From: Octopus sinensis
Taxonomy: Eukaryota
Direction of reading: 5' to 3'
DNA length: 64,000 nucleotides
NCBI RefSeq assembly: GCF_006345805.1
Contig: NC_043005.1
Location: forward strand, 80,910,001 to 80,974,000
Part shown: one piece after another, positions 12,980 to 26,824 of the stretch
Layout of the letters: every line of letters begins with the position of its first letter
Position numbering within the stretch: the stretch's first letter is position 1
Program-made: the position numbers and the translations under genes
Notes under the pieces: generated by a model
What the model was told of the DNA's origin: nothing
The model's database searches: none
Seen by the model: the letters and a program-made list of their open reading frames with translations, nothing else

Positions 12980-13340
12980 TCGGTTTCCAATTTAACCACA
13001 AGGGTAACCATTCTGGAGGAGGGGATGAGTGTTTCACTGGTACTTTAATATATCGACACCTAGAGGATGAAAGACAAAGTCGACCTCGGCGGAATTTGAA
13101 CTTAGAACGTAAAGACTGACGAAATACCTATTTCCATTACTACCCACAAGGGGTTAAACACAGAGGAGAAAAACAAGGACAGACAAGCGGATTAAGTCGA
13201 TTACATCGACCCCAGTGCGTAACTGGTACTTAATTTATCGACCCCGAAAGGATGAAAGGCAAAGTCGACCTCGGCGGAATTTGAACTCAGAACGTAACGG
13301 CAGACGAAATACGGCTACGCATTTCACCCGGCTTGCTAAC
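12980..13340 (-). mobile_element. Nested or dimeric family A SINE between (AAT)n tracts
   Basis: Young unit 13128-13340 joined to an older body at 12980-13127. Confidence 0.88.
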
Positions 13341-14059
13341 GAATATGCCAGCCCGCCGCCTTAATAATGATAATAATAATAATAATAACAACAACAACAA
13401 CAATAATAATAATATAATAATAATAAAGTCTTATTATTAATGTTTATATTACTGTAACAATAATAAGAACGATGGAGATCATAATTATAATGAAAATAAT
13501 AAATGCAACAGTAAAAAAACCCGGAATGACATAAGAAAACAGAAGTCAAAGGAAGACAATTAACATTATACTGAGAGATAAAACAATAAAGATAAAATCC
13601 AAAGACCCGAATTATATACTTGAAAATCTTGAAAAAATTCTGTACGATGTTTGAAAATTTCTAAATATATTTTCAGCCCTTCAACCACTACTACTACTGC
13701 CACTACGATGATCAACATCACCAACATCAACATCAAACTACCTCTACAACTCAGCTAAGTTATATCTCAAATTGAAACAATATGATAACTGATTTTGAAC
13801 AGTTCTCTGTGTGTCAGGGATCGGGGTGGAATGGTGAGATTTCCACTTATACAATTAATGCATTTTTCTTTCGGAATCAGAAGGACTGGTGCCATGTTGA
13901 CAATAATCATAAAGCAGGAAGACGCAATGCCTTCGGCTAAAATATTCTGTGGTGATTATATAGATTTTCACTTCAAAAGCACGCAACTGCATTATTACCA
14001 AAGTTCTTCTAAAACTAAATTTCATTTCTTAAAATCACCTGTTTTTTTTCTTTCCTCAT

Positions 14060-14656
14060 TTCATCCTCGTCATCATCATCGTCATCATCTTCATCATCAT
14101 CATCATCATCGTGGTCGTCTTTATCATCATGATCATGATCATGATCATCATCACCATCACCATCAGCACCGCCGCCACCAAGACCACCACCAGCATTCTC
14201 CTTCACCTCCCCCCATTCTCCTCACCATCATCACCATCATTATCATCCTGATCTTCATCGTCTTGTGATGTTAATCATTGTGAAAAGGATGTGACGGTTT
14301 AGGATGATGATGATGATGATGATCGTTGTTGTTATCATCATCATCGCCATGAACATAATCTTAATAATAATCATTCCTAACGCCATTGTAGTAATCTACA
14401 TCATCATCATCATCATCACCCTTATCAAAAGGTTCTACCGCTTTCATACTTATCGTCCATTCGCGAAACACCCACATCATCTATATGAATGACGTCATCG
14501 CCATAATCATCACCTTCGTCGTCATCATCATCCCCTTCCTCCTCTTCCTCATCATCCTTTCATCGTCACACTAACCATCATCCCATCACCCTAATTGCAA
14601 ACGTCGTTGTCATCACCATCATCATCATCGTCTTCGTCGTCGTCATTATCATCATC

Positions 14657-14693
<37 letters not shown>

Positions 14694-14700
14694 CCATCAC
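14060..14700. repeat. Compound (CAT)n/(CAC)n trinucleotide region
   Basis: Direct reading. It explains the poly-H/D/M ORFs. Confidence 0.9.
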
Positions 14701-14865
14701 CCGCATCTTCAAAATGACCATCACCATAGATATTTATCCTAATAACCTTTCTGTATACATGTGTGCGTATGTGTGTGCGTGTGTGTTTGGGTGTGAGTGT
14801 CATGTTTACTTGTGTCAAGGAATGTGGAGCAGTCGTGATCGTGCAAGTTACAATAACAACGGTAC

Positions 14866-15060
14866 GGGCGTAGCTCCATGGTAAGGAATTTGCTTCCCAA
14901 CCGCACAGTTCCGGGTCCAGTCCCACTGTGTGACGCCTTGGCAAGTGTCTTGAACATTAGCCACGGGCCCACCATATCAATGGATTTGGGAACAGAAACG
15001 AAACGGAGTCCGTGGTGCGCGTGTATACATACATACATACATTATATATGTATGTATGTA
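14866..15060 (+). mobile_element. SINE family B, 5' part
   Basis: ggcgtagctccatggtaag...ccagtcccactgtgtgacgccttggcaagtgtctt. Confidence 0.7.
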
Positions 15061-15264
15061 TGTATGTATTATGTATGTATATATAAACCTTCGAACATAC
15101 AATGAACAGCGACGCCTGCTGGGTTCGCCTATTCTACATTGATAAAGGGCAAATAACCTGAAATTAGTCTCTGGACGTCTTAACCAGCATGGGGAAGCTG
15201 ATGGCCTCCCCTGTTTGAAGGTTCTAAAGGACACAGTTTTGTGTGTCACTTAGCTAGCTAGCTA

Positions 15265-16572
15265 TCAAGAAACAGGATCGAAGTGATCAATGCATTAGCC
15301 ATACCAGTCGTGACTTACAGTTTCAATATCGTTAACTGTTCAATTACTGAAATATGTCAGCTTGACAGAAAAATACGAAAACTGTTGACAATGCATAGAA
15401 TGCACCACCCTAAGGCAGATACAGAACGACTTTATCTGCCAAGAAAAGAGGGAGGACGTGGTCTTTTAGAACTGGCAATAACAATGAAGATTGCTACAAT
15501 TGGCCTAGACGCCTACCTGAAAAAGTCTGAGGACTGGATGTTAAAACTTGTCTCAAAACATGAAAACAAGAAAGCATCATACTCAGTAACAAAACAGGCA
15601 AAGGAATATCTAAGTGAATTCCGAATACAACAAATTTCGGAATTAGAGATAGACATACAAGAAACAAGCACAGAAAAAGCTAAGCGCATGAAAACTAGTG
15701 CTAAAACTGCGGCCTTGGATATTCTGAATGTTAAATGGCAAGAAAAACCTCTGTATGGCAAATACCCAAAGAGAGCGAATAATGCAGATATTGAAAAAGC
15801 CCTGACTCATCAATAGCTAATGGCCTCTGGCTTAAAATCTGAAACAGTGGGGTTTATCATAGCAGCTCGAGATCAATGCCTACCAACAAGAAACTACCAG
15901 GCCAACATATTAAAGAACGGCAGTATCCCAACATGTCGTGATCATGTTGTCTCCAAGTGCAGTCTTCTAGCGCCTACAGAGTATCTCAACAGGCATGATA
16001 GACATGCACAATATATTCACTGCGTAATTTGCAAAAACCCGGATTTGCCCCATGAAAAAAACTGGTGGGAACACAAACCACCTCCAGTGCTTGAAAATGA
16101 CCACATTTCACTCCTCTGGAACTTCACCATTTAAACTGACAGAAAGATAGATGCAAATAGACCAGACATCATATTGAAAGACTTCAGACAAAGAACATGC
16201 CTCCTCATTGATATGACTGTCGATATAAACGTATCTGTCGTATCGATATAAACGTATCTGTCGTATCGATATAAACGTATCTGTCAAGACCTACCAAAAA
16301 CTGAGCAAATATAAAGATCTTGAAATAGAAATCAGCAAAATGTGGAACCTGAAGACTAAAACAATACCTGTTGTCATAAGTGCTCTGGGAATGATAGCGA
16401 AAGGGGCTGATTGCTACCTAACTCAGATACCAGGAAACCCCAAAATGGCAGAAATTCAAACGATAGTGCTAATGGAAACTGTTCATATCCTACGCAAAAT
16501 ACTTTCTATGTAATCTCAAGGTTTAAAACAAACAATTTTTATGTTTTATTTTATTTTTTTAATTTAATTTTT

Positions 16573-16603
<31 letters not shown>

Positions 16604-16785
16604 TTAGACATTCGCTAGTACACCCCCCCCCAAAAAAAAACAACAAATATATAGCACCCTAGGCATAATAACAACGTGAACTTCTAACCTGTTGTCTCTT
16701 GAGGTCTCTGGGTGAGACTTGGAGCCAACTTGTACAAATATAAAGCAAAAGTCAAACATAGAATAATAATAATAATATTTAATAA
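15265..16785 (+). mobile_element. 5'-truncated R4/Dong-clade non-LTR retrotransposon (RT thumb, CCHC, REL endonuclease), inactivated
   Basis: ORFs 15283-15816 (LDRKIRKLL...HHPKADTERLYLPRKEGGRGL) and 15820-16134 (ETVGFIIAARDQ...RHD), then RPDII...LID...KYKDLEIEISKMW. The 3' UTR ends in (AAT)n. Confidence 0.92.
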
Positions 16786-16827
16786 TATATATATGTGTGT
16801 GTGTGTGTGTATGTATACAAACATATA

Positions 16828-17216
16828 GAGGTGCAATGGCCCAGTGGTTAGGGCAGCGGACTCGCGGTCATAGGATCGCGGTTTCGATTCCCAGACCGGG
16901 CGTTGTGAGTGTTTATTGAGCGAAAACACCTAAAAGCTCCACGAGGCTCCGGCAGGGGATGGTGGGGATCCCTGCTGTACTCTTTCACCACAACTTTCTC
17001 TCACTCTTACTTCCTGTTTCTGTTGCACCTGTATTTCAAGGGGCCGGCCTTGTCACTCTCTGTGTCACGCTGAATATCCCCGAGAACTACGTTAAGGGTG
17101 CACGTGTCTGTGGAGTGCTCGGCCACTTACACGTTAATTTCACGAGCAGGCTGTTCCGTTGATTCGGATCAACCGGAACCCTCATCGTCGTAACCGACGG
17201 AGTGCTTCCATCCACA
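16828..17216 (+). mobile_element. SINE family C (tRNA-Arg-like head)
   Basis: tggcccagtggttagggcagcggactcgcggtcataggatcgcggtttcgattccc, then a body of about 330 bp. Confidence 0.85.
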
Positions 17217-17281
17217 AACTTACACACAAATACACTCATATATATACATATACACACATGATATATATATATATATATATC

Positions 17282-17322
<41 letters not shown>

Positions 17323-17944
17323 TGTATACATGCATATATGATACACGTATGAGAGGGAAACCACTATGTGGACACCCTTATACTAGAAATAGATCAGCTA
17401 TGGTCTTACCACTAAGACATGTTCTCAAGAAAATTCAGCCAAAAATAACCAAAACGTAATCGAGCAAGACAAAAGGAAAACAATAAAAATATGGATTATT
17501 CACATACATGTTTCTCTATCACCATATTACGTAATTTAACTTACGCAAGGTGTCCGTAGATCTTCAGTGTGACCGCCCAAATGAATATAATTTGCAGAAC
17601 TGCATATTAGGGCGCCCGCACAAAGTCAGACTTATAAACAGTTCTACCCTGTACACTCGTGGTTACTAGTCAAACGTCCTCGTTTTGGCGCACTAAATTA
17701 CCGGGAAAATGCTACTGCAGAAAATAATTCACTGTAGTGGACTTTGCCGGTTAAAGAACATATTAATTTAAATTTAAATTTAAAATGAGGGTGAGACAAT
17801 ATATACTGATTTAATTAACATCGATTTCACACCAGTTCTCTAGCATATGAAAAGCCTGAAGGTTCAGTAAAATTGTATGATACATGTATGAGTGGGAAAT
17901 CACAACGTGGACACGCTTATGCTAAAAATAGAAACATCTGAAGA

Positions 17945-18182
17945 AACATCTGAAAACTTTAGAAATACCCTACAATCTAGGTATATTGCATAAATCGGTT
18001 TTACCTGGAACTGCACGCATGCTGCGTAAAACTACTGCCTGTCTGAGGTCATTTTTGTGACTTGACAGACATTAGAAACTCCCGGTACACACAGTGTCTT
18101 CAGCCAGCAACATCATGATATTGGATACTGCGTGACGTCTTCAATAATAATGATGATAATAATAATAATAATAATAATAATA

Positions 18183-18235
<53 letters not shown>
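17945..18235 (+). mobile_element. 3' tip of an R4/Dong element with (AAT)n tail
   Basis: LEIPYNLGILHKSVLPGTARMLRK resembles the C-terminal LLGTAHILR motif and is followed by a UTR and (AAT)n. Confidence 0.65.
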
Positions 18236-18238
<3 letters not shown>

Positions 18239-18790
18239 GCCCTGATGCAGTGTCAAGCAGCGGCTCTCATGGCTTCTGATCTTAACTGACTGGAATTGTT
18301 ATCATGTACATTGTTTTGTCTTGGTTTAAAAGATGGGCTATATCAAATATTCTGCTCAATACCACAGATTTGCTTGTCAGTTGTTTGACCTCAACCAGCT
18401 GAGCATGTCCCTCAGTGGCTGACGATATGTGCATCTCTGATCACGAGCAGAAGTAGTAGGGGAGCATCATAGCCAATTGTTGAGAGGGATTCTTTGGGGT
18501 TTGAATAATTCACCTCTGGAAACATGGGTGTTTCGTTCAACATCCTTAAACAACCCTTAATCAGGGACCTTTTGAGTTGGATGGGTTACCCGACCAGAAG
18601 AAAAATTTTAACTGGGCCCCACCCGCAAGGTCATGCGCGATTTATCTTGTTATGAGATCACCATGTCGCGCACATATGGTTGTGATGCATGTGCCTGGTG
18701 TACCCCTATCAGACGGGTAGTCATGATGGGTATACTGGGCTTCGCATATTTTACCTCAGTGTCATTTTGATGGCATGCACTGCTCTCTCA
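18236..18790 (+). mobile_element. Non-coding element of about 555 bp flanked on both sides by (AAT)n
   Basis: Sharp boundaries against (AAT)n, higher GC than the flanks, no ORF. Orientation is inferred. Confidence 0.55.
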
Positions 18791-18932
18791 CTCAATAATA
18801 ATGATAATAATAATAATAATAATAATAATAATAGTAATAACAATAATAATAATAATAAGAAGAAGAAGAAGAGTAGTAGTAATAGTAGTAGTAGTAGTAG
18901 TAGTAGTAATGATAATAATAATAATAATAATA

Positions 18933-18968
<36 letters not shown>

Positions 18969-19007
18969 TAATAAAAAGAAGAAGAAGAAGAAAAAGAAAA
19001 AGAAGAA

Positions 19008-19097
<90 letters not shown>
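18791..19097. repeat. Mosaic (AAT)/(AAG)/(AGT) trinucleotide array
   Basis: Direct reading. Confidence 0.95.
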
Positions 19098-19098
<1 letters not shown>

Positions 19099-19955
19099 TT
19101 TATTGTCCTCGGGCGTTCATAATAATGGGGTCATGGCTAGGATAGTCGTGTGGGGCTTACATAAAAGATGCGGGAAAAAAGTGGAAAGGACGGTGGAATC
19201 TGATAATGTTATACTTAATATACAAAATATGTGGATCCACTCCTCTTGATACTGCAACTGGAGCCAATTATTCATCCCTATAGATCTAGGATTATCCTGA
19301 CCACGAAAACCCCGAGCCCTCTTTCATGTTTTTCACTCGACAGGAGCACGCTTTGACCATGATCATTCAACGTAACAGTTTTTGCTGCAGCCACCCATGT
19401 TTTTATATAACAATTTGGTTAATTCGAAGAAGGAAATTATTTTACCAATGTAGAGCTATAGAATTAATACTCGAAGGAAACAATGCCAAAAAAATATTTT
19501 GGCTGTCAGAATTAGCTTGTTTCTGAAATAATATCAATTCACAAACAAACTACAACAATATGACTATAATTATGCACAAGGTTGAGAAAACATGAATAAT
19601 TATCAGATACAAAACTGGTAACAGATAACACTGAAACACCTCAAACAATGCTCTTCCATCGAATTACTTTATTATTATTTTTCAGTAGTCATCTAGGAAT
19701 TTATTCGTTATTCGGTGAATAATGTTTTTCTATAGAATAGTATGTGTGAAAAAGCAATCAAAATATCAAAATATATGTTGTTTTTTTATTAGTTAAACAT
19801 TATAAACAGCCTCTTCTTATATATATATATATATATATACGCATATGAAATAGTGATGAAAATAATCCTTTCCACAATAGGCACAAGGCCTGGAAATAAT
19901 AATAATAACAACAACAACAAAAACAACAAGAATAACAACAAACAACAAGAATAAC

Positions 19956-19989
<34 letters not shown>

Positions 19990-20049
19990 GCAGAGATAAA
20001 AGGGAAAACAAAGAAAGGACAATATAGACATGAAAAATGTTACGTAAGA

Positions 20050-20475
20050 AGGGACTATACAATCAATTCCAAGTAGCCACAAGAGAAGTTGCTGGAAAAT
20101 ATAGGTGAAATTGGCTTATGAAAGAAACCCTAAGAAATGAGTCTGAGAGTAATGTACTAGCAGTGCAGGACCAAACTCTGGCCACGAACTGGAGGGTCAG
20201 CCTGAGGTGAACAAATGTCTCTGCTGTGCCGCATCTGCAATAGAGTGGATGAAACTATTGCTCTCATCAGGAACGAATGCCCTGGACTTGCTCAAAACCA
20301 CTACAACTTGTGGCGACACGCCCAGATAGCGAGGGAACTGGATAAAACTTGGGGCCTATAGAGAGACAGAACGTGGTATGAGCACAATCTGTTGAGTGTG
20401 GAAGAGTGTGAGACTAGCAAAATTCTCAGGGATTTCCCAATCCAAATGGATCAGGTACTAGACCACAATAAACTG
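20050..20475 (+). mobile_element. Decayed R4/Dong fragment (CCHC region)
   Basis: ESESNVLAVQDQTLAT...CRICNRVDETIALIRNECPGLAQNHY..RH...WYEH...KILRDFPIQMDQ. Confidence 0.8.
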
Positions 20476-20951
20476 GAACCCCAAAGAAAATATTCTTGCC
20501 ATACCCTATATGGCACAAAGTCGCAGACACACGCGTTAGTTTGGAATGCTTGTATATCACTCATGTGGTTTCACTTTCATTATTTCTGTGTTGTACATCC
20601 GGCAGATGTCTTGTAGTTTTGCCTCTGTTCGCTTGAAAACTTGTGAGTAGAACTGAGGGAACAGAAAATATTCAATTGATAACAGGTCAAGCGTCCAGTT
20701 TACATTGAATAAGCCGTGTCTTCTTCATTTTCTCTTTGATACAGGAAAGCTGTGCAATATTATCGTTGGGTGTTATCTATTCCCTTTTAGAAAACCATAA
20801 AGCAAATTGGTTCGTAGTGAATAAAACCCTTAAACCGAAAGTAAATCTGACTTAAATTAATAAATCCACCAACAACGACTTTAAGACTACAAGTGACTTA
20901 AATATTGTGTTTCTCAGAAAAATTAAAAGCTTCCCGATTGTTAACAGTGTG

Positions 20952-21190
20952 GAGGCGCTGAGGCCCAGTGGTTAGGGCAGCGGACTCGCGATCATAAGAT
21001 CACGATTTCGATTCACAGACCGGGCGTTGTGAGTGTTTATTGAGCAAAAATACTAAAGCTCCACGATGTTCCGGCAGTAGTTAGTGGGGCGAACCCTGCT
21101 GTACTCTTTTACCACAACTTTCTCTCACTCTTTCTCCCTTGTCATACTCTGTGCCATGCTGAATCTCCTCGAGAACTTCAGTAAGGGTAC
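20952..21190 (+). mobile_element. SINE family C, diverged and partial
   Basis: ggcccagtggttagggcagcggactcgcgatcataag...gaccgggcgttgtgagtgtttattgagc. Confidence 0.8.
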
Positions 21191-21322
21191 GGCTGTCAAA
21201 TTTATTTGCAGTTGCTGTTAGTAGTAATGCCTCTTAGCTTTGCTCATCAATTCGTCTTAGATTTATCACGATGCTTGATTTTGGTGACTGATGTTTTTAG
21301 TTTCACTATTAGATGGTGTATA

Positions 21323-21552
21323 TAGCAATCCCTCGACTATCATGGTTGTTACGTTCAAAAACCCCGCTATAAGTGAAAGTCCGTGAAGTTGAAACAGTAC
21401 TATATACATATTTTAATTATTTTTATAATTTGTATATATTTATTTTATCATAAGTGCAAAAAAACACCGTGAATGTATCGGCGTAAGGTTAAATAATAGA
21501 CCGCGATATGTGAACTGCGATAGGTAAACCCCGATATGGCAAGGGATTACTA
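21323..21552. mobile_element. Tigger/pogo-like MITE
   Basis: TA|tagcaatccctcgactatc ... gatatggcaagggattacta|TA: imperfect TIRs and a TA duplication. Confidence 0.7.
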
Positions 21553-21769
21553 TACATATTTGAAGGTGTCGGCTTGTTTGCGAGTCTCTGTATGTGTGTG
21601 CGTGTGTTGGGCCTGAATTATGTGGGTGCTGAGTGGATGCATGAAAGTCTGATAAAAATATGTTTGCATCAGAATAATCAGGCACGTCGACAAATAACAC
21701 TGTTGACGTTGTGAATATCTGAGCACCGGAGGTTAACCTCGTCTCCTGCGCCACTCAAGCATTCGTTTA

Positions 21770-22172
21770 TCTTTTACTTTTTATTGTCTACTTGCTTCAA
21801 TCATTATACTACGGTCATGCACCGCCTTTTTAGTCGAAGGAATGAATCAACCCTAGTTCTTCTATTTTAAGCCTGGTACCTATTCTCCCGGTCTGTTTTC
21901 CCTGAGCCGCTAAGTTATGGAGATGCACACACAGACAGAATGACATATACGCACAAACATACACACACACACATACACACACACACTCATATATGTGTAT
22001 TTATATATAGGATGGGGTTCTTTCAGTTTCCGTCTACCCAATCCACTCACAAGGCTTTGGTCGGCCCGCGAATATAGTTGGAGACACTTGCCCAAGCTGC
22101 CACGCAGTGGAACTGAACCAGGGACTATGTGGCTAGGAGGCAAGCTACTTACCACACATTTACGCCTGCGCC
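21770..22172 (-). mobile_element. SINE family B
   Basis: Homology to 29758-30160. Confidence 0.8.
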
Positions 22173-23139
22173 TGAGAAAAATAATTAAGTTGATACAAAC
22201 CACTTGGGAAGCCTTAAGGTTGATTGTGCTTTAAACGAAGGTTCTACATTAGCCATACACTGGATCACGATGACTCTGGCTAAGGTTTGTGTGAAGAGAG
22301 CATGTGCATTGAGTGGAGTTATCTCTTTCCATTATAATTGAGTTTGTAGGAAGTCCAGCTAATTGAACGCCAGAATATTCATCGGCGAAACCATAAAAAG
22401 ATCTGCTTGTTTGATTTAAGGATGTTCTGTACTATTGTATTTTGTATCAACGGATTAATTAAAATATTTCGTCTTCTTGTCATAAAGAACATCTCTCTGT
22501 CATACACACACACTCTCACTCCCTCTCTCTCTCTCCTTTCTCTCTCTCTTCCTCTCTCTCTTTCTTTCCCTCTCTCTCTCTCTCTTAAGTCGTAACAGAT
22601 TTTTTTGTTCTGTTGCCAAAGTGGATTAAATATTTTCCATTTCTAATTCAACCATAAACTTCTTGTCAAAAAATTTATAAGCTGTATAAAACATTGATCT
22701 GTTTGTAAGATGACATACACAATTATTTTTTCTCAAAAAATAACTTGGGAAAGTACAGTGAGTGTTATCTGATCTGAAGAAAATATTGTAAGTCATTTTC
22801 GAGTATGTTAGATGCAACGTCGTGTGGTTCGTTGCTATCCATTTGCGAGACACCATTTTCACCGCTAAAAGATTTTATGCTCATGCAGAGTTCGATAAAT
22901 GCAAAGATTTAAAAACACAAAGAAAAAGTATCAGATACTTAATTTCAAACAGCATTAGATAGCATATTAAAGAGGAAACGTTAATAATTTTTAAATCAAA
23001 ACATTCACACATCTAGAATTTGATTCTCTGCAAGGATCAAGAAATACAATTATGATTCACTACGCTTCATATAGTAGATAGGCTATTCAATCAGGAGCAT
23101 ACATACACTCAATACAAAGTTTCGAATGTCATACACACG

Positions 23140-23340
23140 AACACACACACGCACGCACACACGTATGTATGTATGTATGTATGTATGTGTGTATGTATGT
23201 ATGTATGTATGTATGTATGTATGTATGTATGTATGTATGTATGCATATATGTTTGGTTGCATGCATGTATATGCGTATGTGTATATATATGTGTGTGTGT
23301 GTGCGTATGTATGTGTGTATGCATATATCTATGTATATCT
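23140..23340. repeat. (TATG)n/(TG)n compound microsatellite
   Basis: Direct reading. Confidence 0.95.
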
Positions 23341-26300
23341 GCGTTTCTGTGACTACATTCATAAGAAATCATGAAATATCGAAGCACGTTCAATCAAGCA
23401 ATATTCGTGATTAAAAAATAAATTACGTCAGTGCATCCGTATTTGTTTCATACTCTGACACGACAAAATGTAATTGCTTTACGGCAGAAGTGTCTCTCAT
23501 TATCAACTTTAAATTGTCATCAAATAGAAATAGAATACTTGCGAATACTCTTCAGATATATTATTTTATATTAATAGATTTCTACCACAACAAAGAAGAG
23601 AAACTATCGAAATATAGAACTGTACAAGAGAGAAAAGCTGATAAATGTTTTCTTAGGTGTAATTGGGTGGTCAAGGCAAACCATGGCTGCTAGCTATGTG
23701 ATGTAGATATTAAAGGACATTAATGATCTTTGATGTGTCGAAGGTCTATGATGTACCAAGAAACCATATTTAAAAGTTGATAATTTCGTATGGTTAGCAT
23801 ATTTACCTATAAGTCATACGCTAAAACGAAGTTAGATTATCGAAATCCACTTTCAACTATACAGCATGGTTCTCATTGTGTCTTCACTTGAATTTAATAA
23901 GTTACCTGTACTAATGCACCTGAATACAGCCCATAATGGTGAGGCAATTTGTATGTAACTTACGCATCGCCAGCTGATAAAAATGCGTCCAAAAGACTTG
24001 ATTTGCGATTTAGTTCTTTTAAAACCTCAATACAATTATTGTATTCCAGACTAAATAAGAATAAAAGCTTCTTGCTCCGAGAGCAATATGAATTTTTAAC
24101 TTTCATTCTTATGGACATAAACTGCATCAGTTTAGTATGCAAGTTCAAGCGTTGATTGACATGCTGTTAATGGTTCGTAAAATTCAATGTGATGTCAGTA
24201 TGACATTATATTGAATAACAAATTACAACCTTTCATTGAGAGAGTTCAAAAGCCTGTTTAATGTGCGTTTTGTTTAGGTATGGAAAAGTCTTTTTAGGTG
24301 CGATTTTGTGAATCTGCTCTGCTAAAAGAAAAGAACGAAATAATGAATATACTATGCAATAAAACCCTCAAATACCTTGGAAAGAAAGATATGGACGTTT
24401 CTAAGATAGTTTCATATAGTTTGACAAACACAGCGGTTATAATGAATGTACTTGTTTTGATGTTTGAAACAATTGTCAGAAGGGAAAATGAGATAAGAAG
24501 GCAATGGCTGGAGAGAAAATATTTCGATAATGGAATTCAGAATGTTAAAATTTCCATCCAGTAAAACAAGACAATATTTTGTTCACCTCACTTCATATGA
24601 AAATGGTTTTGTAGAACCGTTTGCTCAAACCGGCGTAGATAAACTTGATATCTTTCAAATATAAATGTGGAAAATTTTATGTTTTATATCAACAGAAATT
24701 AATGAAGGGCGTGTTTGATGAGTTGAATGATAAAATCTTCTGTTCAAACTAATTCATTCATAAACGTAAAATTTCGGAAGGAAAAGGCTGGATGTCAGCG
24801 CAGTATTTGTGAAAAGCTCTTTGGAATGCAACGGGTTCAGGATTATGGTAAGTGATGAATAAGTTGATTTTCCCTTCAAGAAGTTATATGACAAGATTTA
24901 TTTCTATTAATGTGGATTTCCGAAAATAAAAACATTTGAACTAGGCATTTAGAGAGAGAAAAAATGCCAAAGCAATCTTTCTATCTTTGCACAAAAGCTT
25001 CGGAAACCCGATAACTGGATTGGTTGAATACAAAGACAATAATAGTAGATCTCTGTAACGAATGCGGTAGCAAATCATTATTATTTTCCTGTTGTTTCAA
25101 ATCTTCCGGCGTTAAACTATCGTAAAACTTGATATTTGCTGGGTGATCGATGCATTTTGCCCAAAATATATTGTCTTGTATTAATTACTTGTGATATTTC
25201 ATTGGTAGTTTATTGTTGGTTTTTCTTTGGTTCCTTACTGAAAAGTGCATGAAATCTACCTTTGTGCTAATTGTAACAAGATAATCGTAAAATATACTCA
25301 ATTTCCATAAATATATATTACCTATATGTAGGTGAAAACAGTTTGCTTATTCAGTGAGATAGATAAAATAAAACGTCTATACCAGCTAATATATCAGATG
25401 AAGACTAAACTATAAAATGACTATATAAGTCATTATACTATGCAAATTTCGTTTAAATACTATATGAATTTCATTTGCATATACTTGTGAAAATTTGAAT
25501 GTTCGTGTCTATAAAACATAATATGGTAAGTAAATTTGAAACACCGATTTGAAATCAGTGCATGGTTAAATGAGACAGATACCTTATCTGCATTATTATA
25601 TCTAAAGGTCAGCTCATAAAGTTTTCTTTTTAATGTGTAGATGCATTTATATTATTATATTATACTCGCCGTCAGTTCTCATTACGTTGATTCCTACCAT
25701 AGATGTAGCTCTCTGAATGAAGTTTCAAGTTTACTTTTTCTTATTGTACCCAATACATAATAATATTACATTACAAACAGTGCTACTCTACTTTTGTCTC
25801 AAACACTGCGTTTTCTTATAGCCGTTTGAGCTCAGATTAACACTAATTGAAGTGATATATGTTTAAAGTAATTCCTAACGGTATTGTACATAGATTCCAC
25901 ATGCTCCGAGGTATTCGTCATGCTTTATGTTCAAGAATGTTTGATTTTCATTTCGAACAACTGGAGCAATCTCTAAGGTATGCCGACGTTGGCTCAGAAA
26001 AGCGATCTGGTTATTATGCATCATACGTTATATCAGACTGAACTAATACAATGCAATATAGATATTCTTTTATGTCGCATTTCTAAAATTAGTCTGTAGT
26101 GAAGTTCATTCGCGCCTAAATCGTTTTCACAAAGATTTGATCAAGCATTCATGATTCCTAAACGTGTCTCACTACGAACAGTTATCGATAAAACGGTAAA
26201 GTCAGGCAAAAACTTCTCAGCTCTCAAAATACAGAAATATGCTTCATTAAATGTCGACATTTTTAGTTCTAAATTAAATGCATTACGTGAGGGAAAATTC

Positions 26301-26824
26301 TTAATTGAATTTCTTTTAGAAGCTAATTATTTTCTAAATATACTAATTGGATTGTATTAATTCGTGCGTGATAATATTCTATATAAACGCGTAAGTCATC
26401 AGGTATATTTTCTGTAATCCGATGGTCATATTGGCGGGAGTGAATTGTAACCCATTCGGGCTTTGACCACAGAAATTACCCTATAATATATTAGATTAAG
26501 GTGGTAATAAACAATGTTTTTATATGGAGAAAGTAGCACCCATCTGCCTCCACCTTCATCCATATAGAATGCCGTTAAACATTTAGGAAAATTTACAATA
26601 TATAAACAAAATAATTTGCCCTAATAATCTATTTTTTCGAAATTAATTATGCTAATACTGACTATCAATAGCTTATTAAATTTTTCATTGCGTATTTACC
26701 TTGTGATATTGCCCTTTGCTTTCTGTATCAATATCACTGAGTCTATATATTTGATATACCTTTATGCAGATCAGAATGCAGAGAATTAAAGGTTTTATTT
26801 GAAGTACATCCAAGAAGATATGGA

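Noticed and set aside
15265-15300. Similar 5' truncation points of the Dong copies at 15.3 kb and 60.8 kb
   Set aside because: Only two cases, about 15 codons apart and from different subfamilies. This is not distinguishable from chance.
16828-16900. tRNA-like heads (also 33038, 29758, 4862)
   Set aside because: They have A and B boxes but no complete cloverleaf or acceptor stem, and they run into SINE bodies, often with TSDs. They are SINE heads, not tRNA genes.
24696-24847. Segment with acceptor and strong ATG|GTAAGT donor
   Set aside because: All three frames contain stops. At most it is a non-coding exon or decayed transposon.
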